Shown: positions 9,685 through 19,716 of the stretch, piece after piece
Layout: each line of letters starts with the position of its first letter
Position numbering within the stretch: the first letter of the stretch is position 1
Assembly (NCBI GenBank): GCA_913020725.1
Contig: CAJWCD010000007.1
Location: forward strand, 1 to 52,029
Length of the DNA: 52,029 nucleotides
Direction: 5' to 3'
Source of the DNA: an uncultured Pseudomonadota bacterium
Lineage (GTDB): Bacteria; SAR324; NAC60-12
The notes under the pieces: generated by a model
What the model saw: the letters and a program-made list of their open reading frames with translations, nothing else
Database searches by the model: none
What the model was told of the DNA's origin: nothing
Translations under genes and position numbers: made by a program

Positions 9685-10035
9685 GTGAGGTCTTAGCTTC
9701 GCACAAGTTTTTTGAGGGGGATGCCCAGACAGCCGGATGAGTCGTCTCAAAAGCCCAAGGGTGAGCGGAACGCCGACAGCCGCAGACGTTTCCCTAGTAA
9801 AGTCCAGGGGCAGAAGGTACCAAAAAAATGACACGATTCCGGTAGGAATTCAAGCAGTTTCGGAGGCTGAGCCTAGGGTGCAAGTTTCAGGGGGGAAGCG
9901 AATTCTCACGGTGGGCACTCAATTGGCTTGCAGCCACCGGGGCACCTCTCCTATGCTCCGGGAAGTCCATCCTTCAGGCCGAGGCTGCCATGATTGCCAA
10001 GACCTGCTCCACAACTGTGTTAGGAAAATCCTCCC

Positions 10036-12231
10036 TTGCAAAGCCCCCAAACCATTCTGGAATCGGTGTTTGGTTATGAGTCGTTTCGTGGTCTCCAGCA
10101 AGAGATCATTGCACACGTCAGCCAAGGCGAGTCCGGATTGATTTTGATGCCCACCGGAAGCGGGAAATCGTTGTGCTACCAGATTCCGGCCATTCTGCGA
10201 GCAGGCGTGGGCGTGGTGGTTTCGCCGTTGATTGCGCTGATGCAAGATCAAGTCAGCGCCTTGCAACAAGCCGGAGTCCAAGCCGCATTTCTCAACTCCA
10301 CGCTCAGTCCGCAGGAAATGGCGGATGTCGAGGGGCAACTGCGAGCAGGGCGATTGGATTTGCTCTATATCGCTCCGGAACGTCTCAAAACCCAGCGGTT
10401 TTGGCAGTTGCTGGGGCAACTCCAGATTGCGCTTTTTGCCATTGATGAAGCCCATTGTGTCTCACAATGGGGCCACGATTTTCGCCCGGATTACCGTCAG
10501 CTTGTCGCCTTGCGAAAACGCTATCCGGGAGTGCCTTGCCTAGCACTCACGGCGACGGCGGATGCTGTCACGCGGGAAGACATTCGGGAGCATTTGCAAC
10601 TGACGGACTCACCCGTATTTGCTTCCGGATTTGACCGCCCGAACATTCAGTATCGAGTCGCACTCAAGCACAGCCCTCGCCCCCAACTCCTGAATTTCAT
10701 CCGCGAAGAACATCCGGAAGATGCTGGAATTGTTTATTGTTTAAGCCGCAAACGGGTGGAAGACACAGCGGCATGGCTGGTCGGCAAAGGCGTTCCCGCG
10801 CTCCCCTACCACGCGGGGCTGGATGCTGCTGTCCGGCGCCAAAACCAAGCACGGTTTGTGCGAGAAGAAGGCATTGTGATTGTCGCCACGGTGGCGTTTG
10901 GAATGGGGATTGACAAACCAAATGTGCGTTTTGTCGCTCACCTTGACCCGCCTAAAAGCATCGAAGCCTACTATCAGGAAACGGGACGCGCCGGGCGTGA
11001 CGGCTTGCCCGCAACGGCGTGGATGATCTACAGCCTTGCCGATGTGGTCAGTTTGCGCAGGCTGCTCAGCCAATCCGAAGCCGATGCAGCGCATAAACGC
11101 TTGGAACAGCAAAAACTGGAAGCCCTGCTCGGTTATTGCGAAAGCGTGAGCTGCCGCCGACAAGTGCTGCTGCGTTATTTTGGCGAATTGCCTGAAGCGC
11201 AGTGCGGCAATTGCGACACCTGCTTGCAGCCCGTCACAAGCTGGGACGGCACGATTGCCGCGCAAAAAGCGCTATCCGTGATTGCTCGCACTGGCGAACG
11301 CTTTGGAGGAGGGCACTTGGTTGATGTGCTGCGGGGCACTCCAACTCCAAAGGTGCAGCAATTTGGCCACGACCGCATCAAAACTTTTGGGGTCGGCGCT
11401 GAGCTTCCGGAAAAGCAGTGGCATTCCGTGTTTCGTCAATTGATGGCTGCGGGGCTTTTTGAGGTTGATCCGGAATACGGCAGTTTCGGTTTGAACACAA
11501 ACAGCTGGGAGGTCATGCGGGGGAAGCGCACGGTCGCACTCCGGCATGATCCGGAACCGCCGCGAAAATCCCGCAAACCCAAACGTCCGGGCGCACCCGT
11601 CGTTTTTGAAGACCCGGCGATGAAAGCGTTGTGGAACGATTTACGGGAACTCCGGATGGCTCTGGCAAAGGAGCAGAATGTTCCGCCTTACGCCATTTTT
11701 CACGACAAAACGCTGGTGGAAATGCTACGGCAACATCCGGGGACTCTGGCGGAATTGGCCCAAATTCCCGGAGTGGGCAAGAACAAACTCGAACGCTATG
11801 GCGAGGGTTTTCTTGAGTTGCTGCGCCCTTTTGTTGGCCGTTCAACGACCCCGGAAATGTCGGGTGCTCCGGAAAAACAGAAACCTCCGGCCCCGCTGGA
11901 ATTTGCGGAGGTTGATGAAATTTCAGAAACGGTGCAACAAACGTTTGATTTGTGTGTGCAAGGGCTGGCTCCGGAACAGATCGCAGAGGAGCGGGGCTTG
12001 CAGGAAACGACGGTTTACAGCCATCTCGCCCAAGCAATTGCTGAAGAGAAGCTCACTCCGGAAGATGTGTTGCCATTGGAAAGCTTTGAATTTGAGCGTA
12101 TCCGGAGAGAGTTCACCACCCTTCCCGAAGAATCGCAAACTGCCCTCAAACCCGTGTTTAAGGCACTGAACGAGCAGTATGCTTACGGCGTGTTGCGTTG
12201 TGTGCGGGCAGGGCTTTGGGGGCTGCCGTGA
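10036..12231 (+). CDS. recQ: ATP-dependent DNA helicase RecQ (helicase, RQC, HRDC and C-terminal HTH)
   Basis: [43 protein letters not shown]...CGNCDTC and HRDC '[12 protein letters not shown]'. Confidence 0.96.
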   Translation: MQSPQTILESVFGYESFRGLQQEIIAHVSQGESGLILMPTGSGKSLCYQIPAILRAGVGVVVSPLIALMQDQVSALQQAGVQAAFLNSTLSPQEMADVEGQLRAGRLDLLYIAPERLKTQRFWQLLGQLQIALFAIDEAHCVSQWGHDFRPDYRQLVALRKRYPGVPCLALTATADAVTREDIREHLQLTDSPVFASGFDRPNIQYRVALKHSPRPQLLNFIREEHPEDAGIVYCLSRKRVEDTAAWLVGKGVPALPYHAGLDAAVRRQNQARFVREEGIVIVATVAFGMGIDKPNVRFVAHLDPPKSIEAYYQETGRAGRDGLPATAWMIYSLADVVSLRRLLSQSEADAAHKRLEQQKLEALLGYCESVSCRRQVLLRYFGELPEAQCGNCDTCLQPVTSWDGTIAAQKALSVIARTGERFGGGHLVDVLRGTPTPKVQQFGHDRIKTFGVGAELPEKQWHSVFRQLMAAGLFEVDPEYGSFGLNTNSWEVMRGKRTVALRHDPEPPRKSRKPKRPGAPVVFEDPAMKALWNDLRELRMALAKEQNVPPYAIFHDKTLVEMLRQHPGTLAELAQIPGVGKNKLERYGEGFLELLRPFVGRSTTPEMSGAPEKQKPPAPLEFAEVDEISETVQQTFDLCVQGLAPEQIAEERGLQETTVYSHLAQAIAEEKLTPEDVLPLESFEFERIRREFTTLPEESQTALKPVFKALNEQYAYGVLRCVRAGLWGLP

Positions 12232-14044
12232 GGGATGAATCGCCCCCGCTTCCGCTTGCAGATTTGCGGGCATAGCCCCTCGGCGTGTAAACCCATCCGG
12301 CCCCGTCGGGCGAGGGCAGGTGCCGCGTCTGGCTGGAGCCGATCAGCACCACGGTGAGCATGTCGATGAGTTCCGGGCGCAGTTCCTCCAGCGAAATGAC
12401 GCGCAGGGTTTCGTCCGGGCGACCAAGGTTGCGGGCCAGCACGACCGGGGTTTCCGGAGGCCGGTGGTGCCGCAGGATGTCCCGTGCCGTCACAAGCAGG
12501 GCCACCCGTTTCCGGGAAACCGGATTGTAGAGCGCAATCACGAAATCGCCCTGCGCGGCGGCATGCAGCCGTTGCTTGATCACCGAGGTCGGAGTCAGCA
12601 AATCCGAGAGCGAAATCGCGCAGAAGTCGTGGCCGAGGGGTGCGCCGATGCGGGCGGCGGCGGCATGCATCGCGGAGATTCCGGGGACCACGGACACCGC
12701 CACCGGCGCCCACTCCGGTTGCGCCTCCCGCTCCAGCAGTTCAAACACCAGCGTCGCCATCGCGTAAATTCCGGGATCGCCGGATGAGATCAGCGCCACG
12801 GTGCGCCCCTCGGCGGCGAGATTCAGGGCGTAGCGCACCCGCTCGGTTTCCTCACCCAAGGCAAAGCGGTGCTGCTTTTGGTCACGCCGCACGTCCGCCG
12901 CCAAGTCGAGATAGAGTCCGTATCCCACCCAGTCGCTGGCGGCTTCCAGCGCCTTTCGTGCTTCCGGAGTGCGCCACTCGGCGGTACCGGGGCCAAGCCC
13001 GACGATGAACAACTGCCCCTGCCCCACGCCAAAGGCTTCGGCCTCAAACGGTTCTGGAGCCACCGCGATGGCACAGGTCGCCCGCGCCGAGCGCACCTTG
13101 GGCACCCACAACATTCCGAGCGGCCCGACCACCGCCAGCGCCGCGCCCTCTGCGACTCCGTGGCAACCCACCTCCCGAAACACCACCTTGGAGGGGGTCA
13201 GCAGCCGCGCTTTTTGCTCATCCAAGGTCGCCGCATCAAAAAACCGCACCGGGCGATTCAATTGCATTCCGAGGGCCAACACCGCTTGCTCGTCGCGCTT
13301 GACCTCCAGCGAAAACACTCCGGCCACGCTCTCTGGCGCAAGGTGGTACCAATGCAGGGTCTCGTCCACCAGCGTCCACAATTCATCAGGATCGCAACCC
13401 CGCTCGCACCCCACCCCAATCGCCAACGTCCGGGGGTGATAGACGAGGTGGCTCGTGCTTCCCGACCAACGCCGCTCGGACACGGAAATGCGCAAGCTCC
13501 CGTGCGGGTGGCGCGGCAATTGGCTCTCCCCGAACCACGAATGCCGCCCCTCCATCGTGAGGGTCGCGCCATTCAGCAGTTCCGCCATGAAAGATTTTGC
13601 GTCTTCCGGATTGGCGAGGGTGAGGCCGTCCGGCGGCTCGTCGAGCGCAATGCCAAAGCGTAAATCACCGGAAGTTGTCACGGCAGCAGAACCGCCCAAT
13701 TCCTGCGTGATTTGCTGTGCCAAGAAATTGGCCCGATGGTGTCCGCCCAACAACGGCACCACGGAACTACCGTCCTCCGCAATGGCCAGCACTGGCGGCT
13801 CGGTGCGTTTGTTCTTGAGTTCCGGGGCCACCGCCCGAATCAAAATGCCCGCTGCACACACTCCGATGATCGGCGTTCCCTCCCGGAAGAGCGCGGCAAG
13901 GTGTGCCATCGTTTCGGTGAAGTGAACCTCAGCTTCGGGCACACGACCGGCCTTGCTGTGCAGGGTGCCGTCCAGCAAGCCCACGATGCGCTGGGCCACA
14001 GGAACTGCTCCGGCGGTGAGGCAGACAACGGCAGGTTTAGACAC
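12158..14044 (-). CDS. cobJ: CbiG-CobJ(CbiH) fusion: cobalt-precorrin-5A hydrolase plus precorrin-3B C17-methyltransferase
   Basis: CbiG motifs ([33 protein letters not shown]) followed by CobJ motifs ([42 protein letters not shown]). Confidence 0.92.
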   Translation of the reverse strand: MSKPAVVCLTAGAVPVAQRIVGLLDGTLHSKAGRVPEAEVHFTETMAHLAALFREGTPIIGVCAAGILIRAVAPELKNKRTEPPVLAIAEDGSSVVPLLGGHHRANFLAQQITQELGGSAAVTTSGDLRFGIALDEPPDGLTLANPEDAKSFMAELLNGATLTMEGRHSWFGESQLPRHPHGSLRISVSERRWSGSTSHLVYHPRTLAIGVGCERGCDPDELWTLVDETLHWYHLAPESVAGVFSLEVKRDEQAVLALGMQLNRPVRFFDAATLDEQKARLLTPSKVVFREVGCHGVAEGAALAVVGPLGMLWVPKVRSARATCAIAVAPEPFEAEAFGVGQGQLFIVGLGPGTAEWRTPEARKALEAASDWVGYGLYLDLAADVRRDQKQHRFALGEETERVRYALNLAAEGRTVALISSGDPGIYAMATLVFELLEREAQPEWAPVAVSVVPGISAMHAAAARIGAPLGHDFCAISLSDLLTPTSVIKQRLHAAAQGDFVIALYNPVSRKRVALLVTARDILRHHRPPETPVVLARNLGRPDETLRVISLEELRPELIDMLTVVLIGSSQTRHLPSPDGAGWVYTPRGYARKSASGSGGDSSLTAAPKALPAHNATRRKHTARSVP

Positions 14045-14747
14045 GGCGCACCAAAATCATGGAAAAGTACGGAACGGTCTCCGGATCAACCTCGTCCAAG
14101 GGCAGCACCCGTTGATCCGGACGGGTCGCGTGTTCCACATAACGGGCTTGTTCCGCCAAATCGCAACGGTTCAACAAGTCTCGCAGTTTCGTGAAATGCC
14201 GACCCACTTTCATTAGCACAAACACGCCCGGTGCTTGCAGACGCGACTCCAATTCCGCTTCTGAAAGTGGGCCGGGCAGCACGGTGAGGGGTTCGTTACG
14301 CGCAACCAGAGGCCGCCCAAGCACGGCGGCACAGGCCATCAGCGAAGATACTCCGGGCACCACCTCAATCCGGAAACTTCCGGAGAGCCGTTCGAGCAAA
14401 TACATGAACGAACCGTAAAAAAGCGGGTCGCCCTCGCACAGCACGGCCACTGATTTTCCGGAGGCCAGTCGAGTCGCCAAGCTCTCTGTGGCATCGTCAT
14501 ACGCCTGCTGCGCCGGAAACGGGTCTACCGAAATCGGCAAGCGCAAGGGCAGCACCTCCGGATTGGCGCTCAGGTGCGGCTTGGCGATTTCCCAAGCCAA
14601 GCCAGTGCCTATCTCCGGAGCCGGATATGCCACCACCGCACATTCGTTAAGCAGACGCACCGCCTTGAGGGTGAGCAACTCCGGATCACCCGGTCCCACT
14701 CCGAGGCCGTACAACACTCCTGAAGTTTGATTCACCACAGAGGACAC
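14037..14747 (-). CDS. cobI: Precorrin-2 C20-methyltransferase CobI/CbiL
   Basis: LYGLGVGPGDPELLTLKA, EGDPLFYGSF, VPGVSS, MKVGR, PYFSMIL. Exact start uncertain. Confidence 0.93.
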   Translation of the reverse strand: MSSVVNQTSGVLYGLGVGPGDPELLTLKAVRLLNECAVVAYPAPEIGTGLAWEIAKPHLSANPEVLPLRLPISVDPFPAQQAYDDATESLATRLASGKSVAVLCEGDPLFYGSFMYLLERLSGSFRIEVVPGVSSLMACAAVLGRPLVARNEPLTVLPGPLSEAELESRLQAPGVFVLMKVGRHFTKLRDLLNRCDLAEQARYVEHATRPDQRVLPLDEVDPETVPYFSMILVRRV

Positions 14748-14751
14748 AGAG
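14733..14751. repeat. Half copy of the 9-bp-period REP-like element
   Basis: CACCACAGAGGACACAGAG, closely matching the left arm at 27954. Confidence 0.55.
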
Positions 14752-14772
14752 GTTTAAAGTTTGAGGTGAATC

Positions 14773-15981
14773 TCATCTGACTGCGGCGAGTTGGGTGACG
14801 GGGCGCAGAGGACGCCAGCCCTGAAATGCACCGATGGGTGCTGCATGAGCAATGTCGATCCTAGTCAAAGCACCTCCGTTCGCAGCCTGCCATTTCAGCA
14901 ACACCTGTTCCCCCTCCAAAGTCACTGCGTTTGCCACCATCCGTCCTCCCGGTTGCAATTGCTGCCAACAGGTTTCCAGCAGATTCGGCGTTGTCAGCCC
15001 ACCTCCGAGGAACACAGCATCCGGAGCCTCCAAACCGGAAAGTGACTGCGGTGCTTCTCCTGCGACAATTTGCAACCGGGGCACACCAAGTTGGGTCGCG
15101 TTTTGTTCAATCAGGGCGCTGCGCTCCGGTTTGCGCTCAATGGCAAGGGCGCGACAACGGGAGTCGCTGCGCATCCACTCAATTGCCACAGAGCCGCAGC
15201 CCGCTCCCACATCCCAAAGCAACTGCCCCGGAATTGGCTGCAACCACGCCAGCGTGAGTGCCCGAACCTCGCGCTTGGTGAGTTGGCCGTCGTGGGTGAA
15301 GGCTTCGTCCGGAAGCCCCGGAATGCACGGCAGCACTTGGGCGTTTTCGTTTGCAACACACTCCACGGCAACCACGTTCAGGGCCGCACCTTCCGGATGG
15401 TTCCAGCTTGCAGCGGTTCCTGCAAGTTTCTGCTCGCGTTCGCCACCCATGTTCTCCAGCACGGTGAGGCGGCTGGCCCCAAATCCACGCTGGACAAGTA
15501 ATTCTGCAATCGCCTTGGGACTGCGACCATCCCAACTCAACACCATCAGCTTGGCTCTAGGTTGGATGTGCGGGTGCAACGCCTCCAGCGGTCGCCCATG
15601 AACGGTCAGCGTTTCAACCTCCGGCAACGACCACCCCAATCTCGCGCAGGCCAGCGAGTAGGCGGACGGAGCAGGCAAAAAACGAATTTCCTCACAGCCG
15701 AAGCCTTCCCGCAAGAGCTTTGCGCCAACGCCGTAGCAGAGCGGATCCCCCGTGGCGAGGACCACCGTACCCTCGCCCGCTTCCCGGATTTTTGGGAAAT
15801 CGTCTCCCATGCGCTGCGCCCAAGTTTCGCGCTGGGCGGCAACGGCATCCGGTAGCATTGCCAAGTGGCGCGGTCCTCCGTAAATCGTGCGAGCCTGCTC
15901 CAGACACGAACGCGCCGCTACGCCCAATCCGGGCCAGCCATCCTCGCCGATGCCCACCACCGTCAACCAAGGTGTGTTCAT
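14773..15981 (-). CDS. cobL: Precorrin-6Y C5,15-methyltransferase (decarboxylating), CobL/CbiET
   Basis: VVGIGEDG, LATGDP..YGVG, HDGQLTKREVR, WDVGAGCGS, NAVTLE. Confidence 0.94.
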   Translation of the reverse strand: MNTPWLTVVGIGEDGWPGLGVAARSCLEQARTIYGGPRHLAMLPDAVAAQRETWAQRMGDDFPKIREAGEGTVVLATGDPLCYGVGAKLLREGFGCEEIRFLPAPSAYSLACARLGWSLPEVETLTVHGRPLEALHPHIQPRAKLMVLSWDGRSPKAIAELLVQRGFGASRLTVLENMGGEREQKLAGTAASWNHPEGAALNVVAVECVANENAQVLPCIPGLPDEAFTHDGQLTKREVRALTLAWLQPIPGQLLWDVGAGCGSVAIEWMRSDSRCRALAIERKPERSALIEQNATQLGVPRLQIVAGEAPQSLSGLEAPDAVFLGGGLTTPNLLETCWQQLQPGGRMVANAVTLEGEQVLLKWQAANGGALTRIDIAHAAPIGAFQGWRPLRPVTQLAAVR

Positions 15982-16610
15982 GTTGGCGCTCCCATTATCG
16001 CCAAGGCGTTGACCGCCGCCGCCGCCATTGCGCTACCCCCCCGCCGTCCGTGCAGGGTGATGAACGGAACTCGGGCAAATTCCGCAACCGCAACTTTCGA
16101 TTCTGCCGCCCCGACGAATCCCACTGGAAACGCGAGGATCGCCGCCGGTTCCGGCCAGCCTTCCGCGATGCCTTCAAGCAAATGAAACAACGCCGTGGGT
16201 GCATTGCCGATCACCACCACGGCTCCTGCGAGTTCCGGAAGCCAACGTTCCGTGGCGACCAGCGCCCGTGTGCAATTTCGAGACTTCGCTTCCTCACGCA
16301 CTCCGGGATCGTTAATCCAGCAGTACACCGCATTCTGCGCGGGTAGCCGCTCCCGCATGACACCCTCCACAACCATCCGGACATCGCACAGCACGGGTGC
16401 CCCGCATTGCAGCGCAGCGCGTCCGGATTCCACCACTTGCGGATGCCATGCGAGTTCGTTGAGCAAATCCGTCATCCCGCACGAGTGCATGAGTCGCACG
16501 GCCATCTCCGCCACCCCCTCTGGACAGCTGGAGAAATCAACCTCTTTTCGGATCGTTGCAAAGGATTCACGGTAAATCGCGTCCGGCTCCTTCAGGTACG
16601 CAAAGCTCAA
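15978..16610 (-). CDS. cobH: Precorrin-8X methylmutase CobH/CbiC
   Basis: IYRESFATIR, IGNAPTAL, PVGFVGAAESK, GRRGGSAMAAAAVNAL. Confidence 0.95.
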   Translation of the reverse strand: MSFAYLKEPDAIYRESFATIRKEVDFSSCPEGVAEMAVRLMHSCGMTDLLNELAWHPQVVESGRAALQCGAPVLCDVRMVVEGVMRERLPAQNAVYCWINDPGVREEAKSRNCTRALVATERWLPELAGAVVVIGNAPTALFHLLEGIAEGWPEPAAILAFPVGFVGAAESKVAVAEFARVPFITLHGRRGGSAMAAAAVNALAIMGAPT

Positions 16611-17611
16611 ATCTGCCCTTCGAGTTTCTTGAGCGTCACGGGACCCAGCGGATGATCCGCGTGGGGGTACGGATGATGACCGTGCTCGTGCGAGTGATTG
16701 TGACCGTGGTCGTGCGAATGCTGATGCCCGGAATCTTCTGATCCGATTCCTTCGACATGGTGATGATGGCTTTCTTGCGGCAAACCGACCTCGGCTTCAA
16801 AGCCCAGCACCTGTTCGCGGTATTTGCACATCTGGCAGTTCATCAGGTTCTGTCCCTCCAGAATTTCCTGCACGCGATCCCGAAACGCATCCAACACCAG
16901 CGGATGGTCATTGAGGTAAGGAGCTTTGACGAACTCGATCTCCGGATGTCGTGCCGCCACCAAATCGGTGTGGTCGTAGATGCGCTGCACAAGAATTCCA
17001 GTGAAGAGGAAATACGGAAAAACGATAATCCGCTTGAATCCCAGCCGCACCGCCCGCTCCAGAGCGGGTTCCACCAGCGGAAAGGTGACGCCGGAATACG
17101 CGGTTTCGCCCCAGCCAAAGCCGAGACCCTCCCAGAGCAAGCGCATCACTTTGGCGACATTCGAGTTTGCGTCCGGGTCGGAGGCACCTCGTCCCACCAC
17201 AACCAGCAACGTCTCGTGCCGGGAAACGTGGTCTCCGGCTTCAGTAACCGCAGCCTTCACCCGCTCTCCGGCGGCGCGGATCAATTTAAGGTCAATCCCC
17301 AATTCACGCCCGTAGCGGATGTCCATGTCCGGATGTTGGGCTTGGTAGGTGTTGAGCACGGAAGGGATGTCGTTTTTCGCATGTCCTGCCGCGAACAGCA
17401 TTCCCGGCACCGCCAACACTTTACGGAAACCCTTGGTCCGCAAGGCGTCCAGCCCATCGCGAATGATCGGCGTGGCGAACTCCAGAAAACCCCACTCCGT
17501 CTCGTGTTCGGGCATGCGCTCGCGCAGTCCCTGTGCCACCGCCTGAAATTCCTCCACCGCTTGTCCGTCACGACTTCCGTGACCACAGACCATGATTCCC
17601 CATTCGTTCAT
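16607..17611 (-). CDS. cbiX: Sirohydrochlorin cobaltochelatase, long form with Fe-S motif and His-rich tail
   Basis: CGHGSRD, AAGHAKNDIP, VGRGASD, PYFLFTG, MNCQMC and a His-rich C-terminus. ATG at 17611 follows GGAGA. Confidence 0.92.
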   Translation of the reverse strand: MNEWGIMVCGHGSRDGQAVEEFQAVAQGLRERMPEHETEWGFLEFATPIIRDGLDALRTKGFRKVLAVPGMLFAAGHAKNDIPSVLNTYQAQHPDMDIRYGRELGIDLKLIRAAGERVKAAVTEAGDHVSRHETLLVVVGRGASDPDANSNVAKVMRLLWEGLGFGWGETAYSGVTFPLVEPALERAVRLGFKRIIVFPYFLFTGILVQRIYDHTDLVAARHPEIEFVKAPYLNDHPLVLDAFRDRVQEILEGQNLMNCQMCKYREQVLGFEAEVGLPQESHHHHVEGIGSEDSGHQHSHDHGHNHSHEHGHHPYPHADHPLGPVTLKKLEGQI

Positions 17612-17626
17612 TGCTTCTCCTTTCAA

Positions 17627-18166
17627 TTATTTGATTCGGACCGGCTGTCCGGCCACACACCACCAGACCTCGTCGCAAGTCTCACCGAGTTGCTGCCCGG
17701 CTCGTCCGGAGAGATCGGCAAAGCGACGGGCCAACTGATTCTCCGGAAGGATGCCCTGCCCCACCTCGTTCAGCACCAGCACCATGTCATTGGGCATGGC
17801 CAGTATGCGCTCGATTTCGGAGAAGGCTGCGGCTTCCGGAAGCTGATGATGCAGCCAGTTGTTGAGCCACATCGTCAGGCATTCGACAAGTACCGGAGAA
17901 TGCGATTCCCGAAGGTCTCCCCCCTTTGGCAAAGGGGGGATGGGGGAGATTTTCAGGGCATTGGTCAAGTGCAGCGGCTCCTCGATAGTCCGGAATTGTT
18001 CACCTCGTCTTTGACGATGGACGGCAATGCGTTCACGCATTCCATTGTCCAGAAGCTCGGTTGTCGCCAGATAAATCGGTGTTTCACCACCTGCGAGTTC
18101 TAGGGTACGTTGCTCGGCGAAACTCGACTTGCCGCTTTTGACGCCCCCTGTGATCAACACCTTCAC
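17627..18166 (-). CDS. cobU: Bifunctional adenosylcobinamide kinase / phosphate guanylyltransferase CobU(CobP)
   Basis: ITGGVKSGKSSFAE, YLAT, RIAVH, TIEEP, VECLTMWLNN, NEVGQG, VAGQP. GTG at 18166 overlaps the cbiB stop. Confidence 0.92.
   Translation of the reverse strand: MKVLITGGVKSGKSSFAEQRTLELAGGETPIYLATTELLDNGMRERIAVHRQRRGEQFRTIEEPLHLTNALKISPIPPLPKGGDLRESHSPVLVECLTMWLNNWLHHQLPEAAAFSEIERILAMPNDMVLVLNEVGQGILPENQLARRFADLSGRAGQQLGETCDEVWWCVAGQPVRIK
17914..17953. repeat. GC-rich palindromic element inside cobU
   Basis: TCCCCCCTTT-GGC-AAAGGGGGGA (17918-17940), a perfect 10-bp stem with 3-nt loop, followed by TGGGGGAGATTT. Confidence 0.8.
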
Positions 18167-19152
18167 GACGGCCACCCCACGGGAACCCAGCCCAGCGAAA
18201 ACACGATCACCAAACCTCCGGAAAACAGCCACGTTGCCATGCGCGCCAAGCGGTTCATACGTTGGAGGTCGGCATTTGTCACCTCAGCCCGTGCATCCGG
18301 ATCACCGAGCCAAAAGTCACTCGCCAGTTTTCCTTTGCGCCAGATTGGCCCACAGAGCCGGAGGCCCAATGCTCCCGCCGCTGTGGCTTCAGCCCAACCG
18401 GCATTCGGACTGGGGAGTTTGTGGCAATCCCGCAAACCCACGCGCCACGCCGCCCTTCCGGAGCCTCCCGACATTACTGCTGAAGCGACAATCAGCAAAA
18501 ACGACAGCCGTGCCGGAATCCAGCAGAGCCAATCATCCAAGCGGGCACTGGCCCAACCGAAGTGGCGGTAGCGTTCATTGCGGTAGCCCACCATCGAATC
18601 CAGCGTACTTACTGCCTTGAAGGCTACCATGCCCGGAATTCCGGCGACTGCAAACCAGAACAACGGCGCGATCACACCATCATTGAGATTCTCGCTCACG
18701 CTCTCCACGGCAGCGCGTCCGCAGGCGTGGAGATTCATGCGTTCCGTATCGCGGCTGACCAACCGACTCACCTGCCGCTTGGCTTCCGGAAGATCGGCTT
18801 GCTCCAGCGCAGTTCCCACGCGCTTGGCGTGGACCAGCAAATCCTTCAGCGCCAGCAAACTCCAGCCGAGCAAGAGCAGCACCGCCAGTTCTAGCAATTC
18901 ACCTACAAGTGATCCCAGTGCCAGCAGCAGCGTTGATGTCCCCACGGTCACGCCGATTATCACGGTCAACAAGAGAATACCACCACCTTGCCCATTCCAG
19001 CCAAAATTCCGGAGCAACGCTTCCGTTTTCGCTATAAAATTTCCGAGTACCCGCACTGGATGCCAGCGGTACTCCGGATCCCCAAAAACTTCGTCCAGTG
19101 CCAGCATCAACACCAACACCCATTCCGGACGTAGCCACTCACTGCTTTCCAT
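18163..19152 (-). CDS. cbiB: Adenosylcobinamide-phosphate synthase CbiB/CobD
   Basis: GDP..RWHPV, LVSRDT, AAVESVSENLNDGVIAPLF, TLDSMVGY, SPNAGW. Confidence 0.94.
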   Translation of the reverse strand: MESSEWLRPEWVLVLMLALDEVFGDPEYRWHPVRVLGNFIAKTEALLRNFGWNGQGGGILLLTVIIGVTVGTSTLLLALGSLVGELLELAVLLLLGWSLLALKDLLVHAKRVGTALEQADLPEAKRQVSRLVSRDTERMNLHACGRAAVESVSENLNDGVIAPLFWFAVAGIPGMVAFKAVSTLDSMVGYRNERYRHFGWASARLDDWLCWIPARLSFLLIVASAVMSGGSGRAAWRVGLRDCHKLPSPNAGWAEATAAGALGLRLCGPIWRKGKLASDFWLGDPDARAEVTNADLQRMNRLARMATWLFSGGLVIVFSLGWVPVGWPS

Positions 19153-19179
19153 ATGAAATCACCCCGGAGAGGCAAAGCA

Positions 19180-19710
19180 TCACAAAGCGCTGGCTTCGGA
19201 ATCTTTGTCTGGGGCAGATGTTGAGGGTGCTTGCTCGCTGGGGGATTTGGAAACGGCTGCGGTGGGTTCGGCAGGTACGTTCTTTTCCTCTTTGGTTTTC
19301 CCGGCAATGTACTCCTGATGCTGATCCCAAACCTTCTGGAGCACACGATTCACCAAACCGTGCGAGTCGTCATCTACGAGATCCTTGCACAACTCAACAG
19401 ACTCGTTAATGACAATCCGGTGCGAGATTTCAGGACCAAAGCACATCTCATACACACCAAGGCGCAGGATATTGCGGATGACCACGGAAAGCCGATTAAG
19501 CCGCCAGTTGTCGAGGCTGCGGCGGATGCGACGGTCAATGTACTTGCGGTTATGCAATGTGCCCACTGCCAACTCGCGGGTGAAATCCCGCATCTTTTCA
19601 GGAAGCTCGGAGTGTTCTAGGAAGCGCTCCACCGGACCTGAAGCCTTCGACTCAATCAGTTCCGATTGGTAGAGCGCTTGGATGGCGTGAACGCGGGCTT
19701 GATGGCGCAT
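19180..19710 (-). CDS. nusB: Transcription antitermination factor NusB
   Basis: RHQARVHAIQALYQ, NWRLNRL, ILRLGVYE, VINESVEL, VNRVL. Confidence 0.88.
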   Translation of the reverse strand: MRHQARVHAIQALYQSELIESKASGPVERFLEHSELPEKMRDFTRELAVGTLHNRKYIDRRIRRSLDNWRLNRLSVVIRNILRLGVYEMCFGPEISHRIVINESVELCKDLVDDDSHGLVNRVLQKVWDQHQEYIAGKTKEEKNVPAEPTAAVSKSPSEQAPSTSAPDKDSEASAL

Positions 19711-19716
19711 GGGAAT

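Noticed and set aside
12158..14044. CbiG-CobJ fusion as a novelty
   Set aside because: This fusion is already well known in many cobalamin clusters.
16607..16850. His-rich tail and MxCxxC motif of CbiX as a novelty
   Set aside because: Both are established features of long-form CbiX.
16757..18103. Long antisense ORFs (448 aa here; also 5935-7074, 532-1410, 22715-23614, 36599-37537)
   Set aside because: They are shadows of well-supported genes on the opposite strand in GC-rich DNA and show no recognisable motifs.
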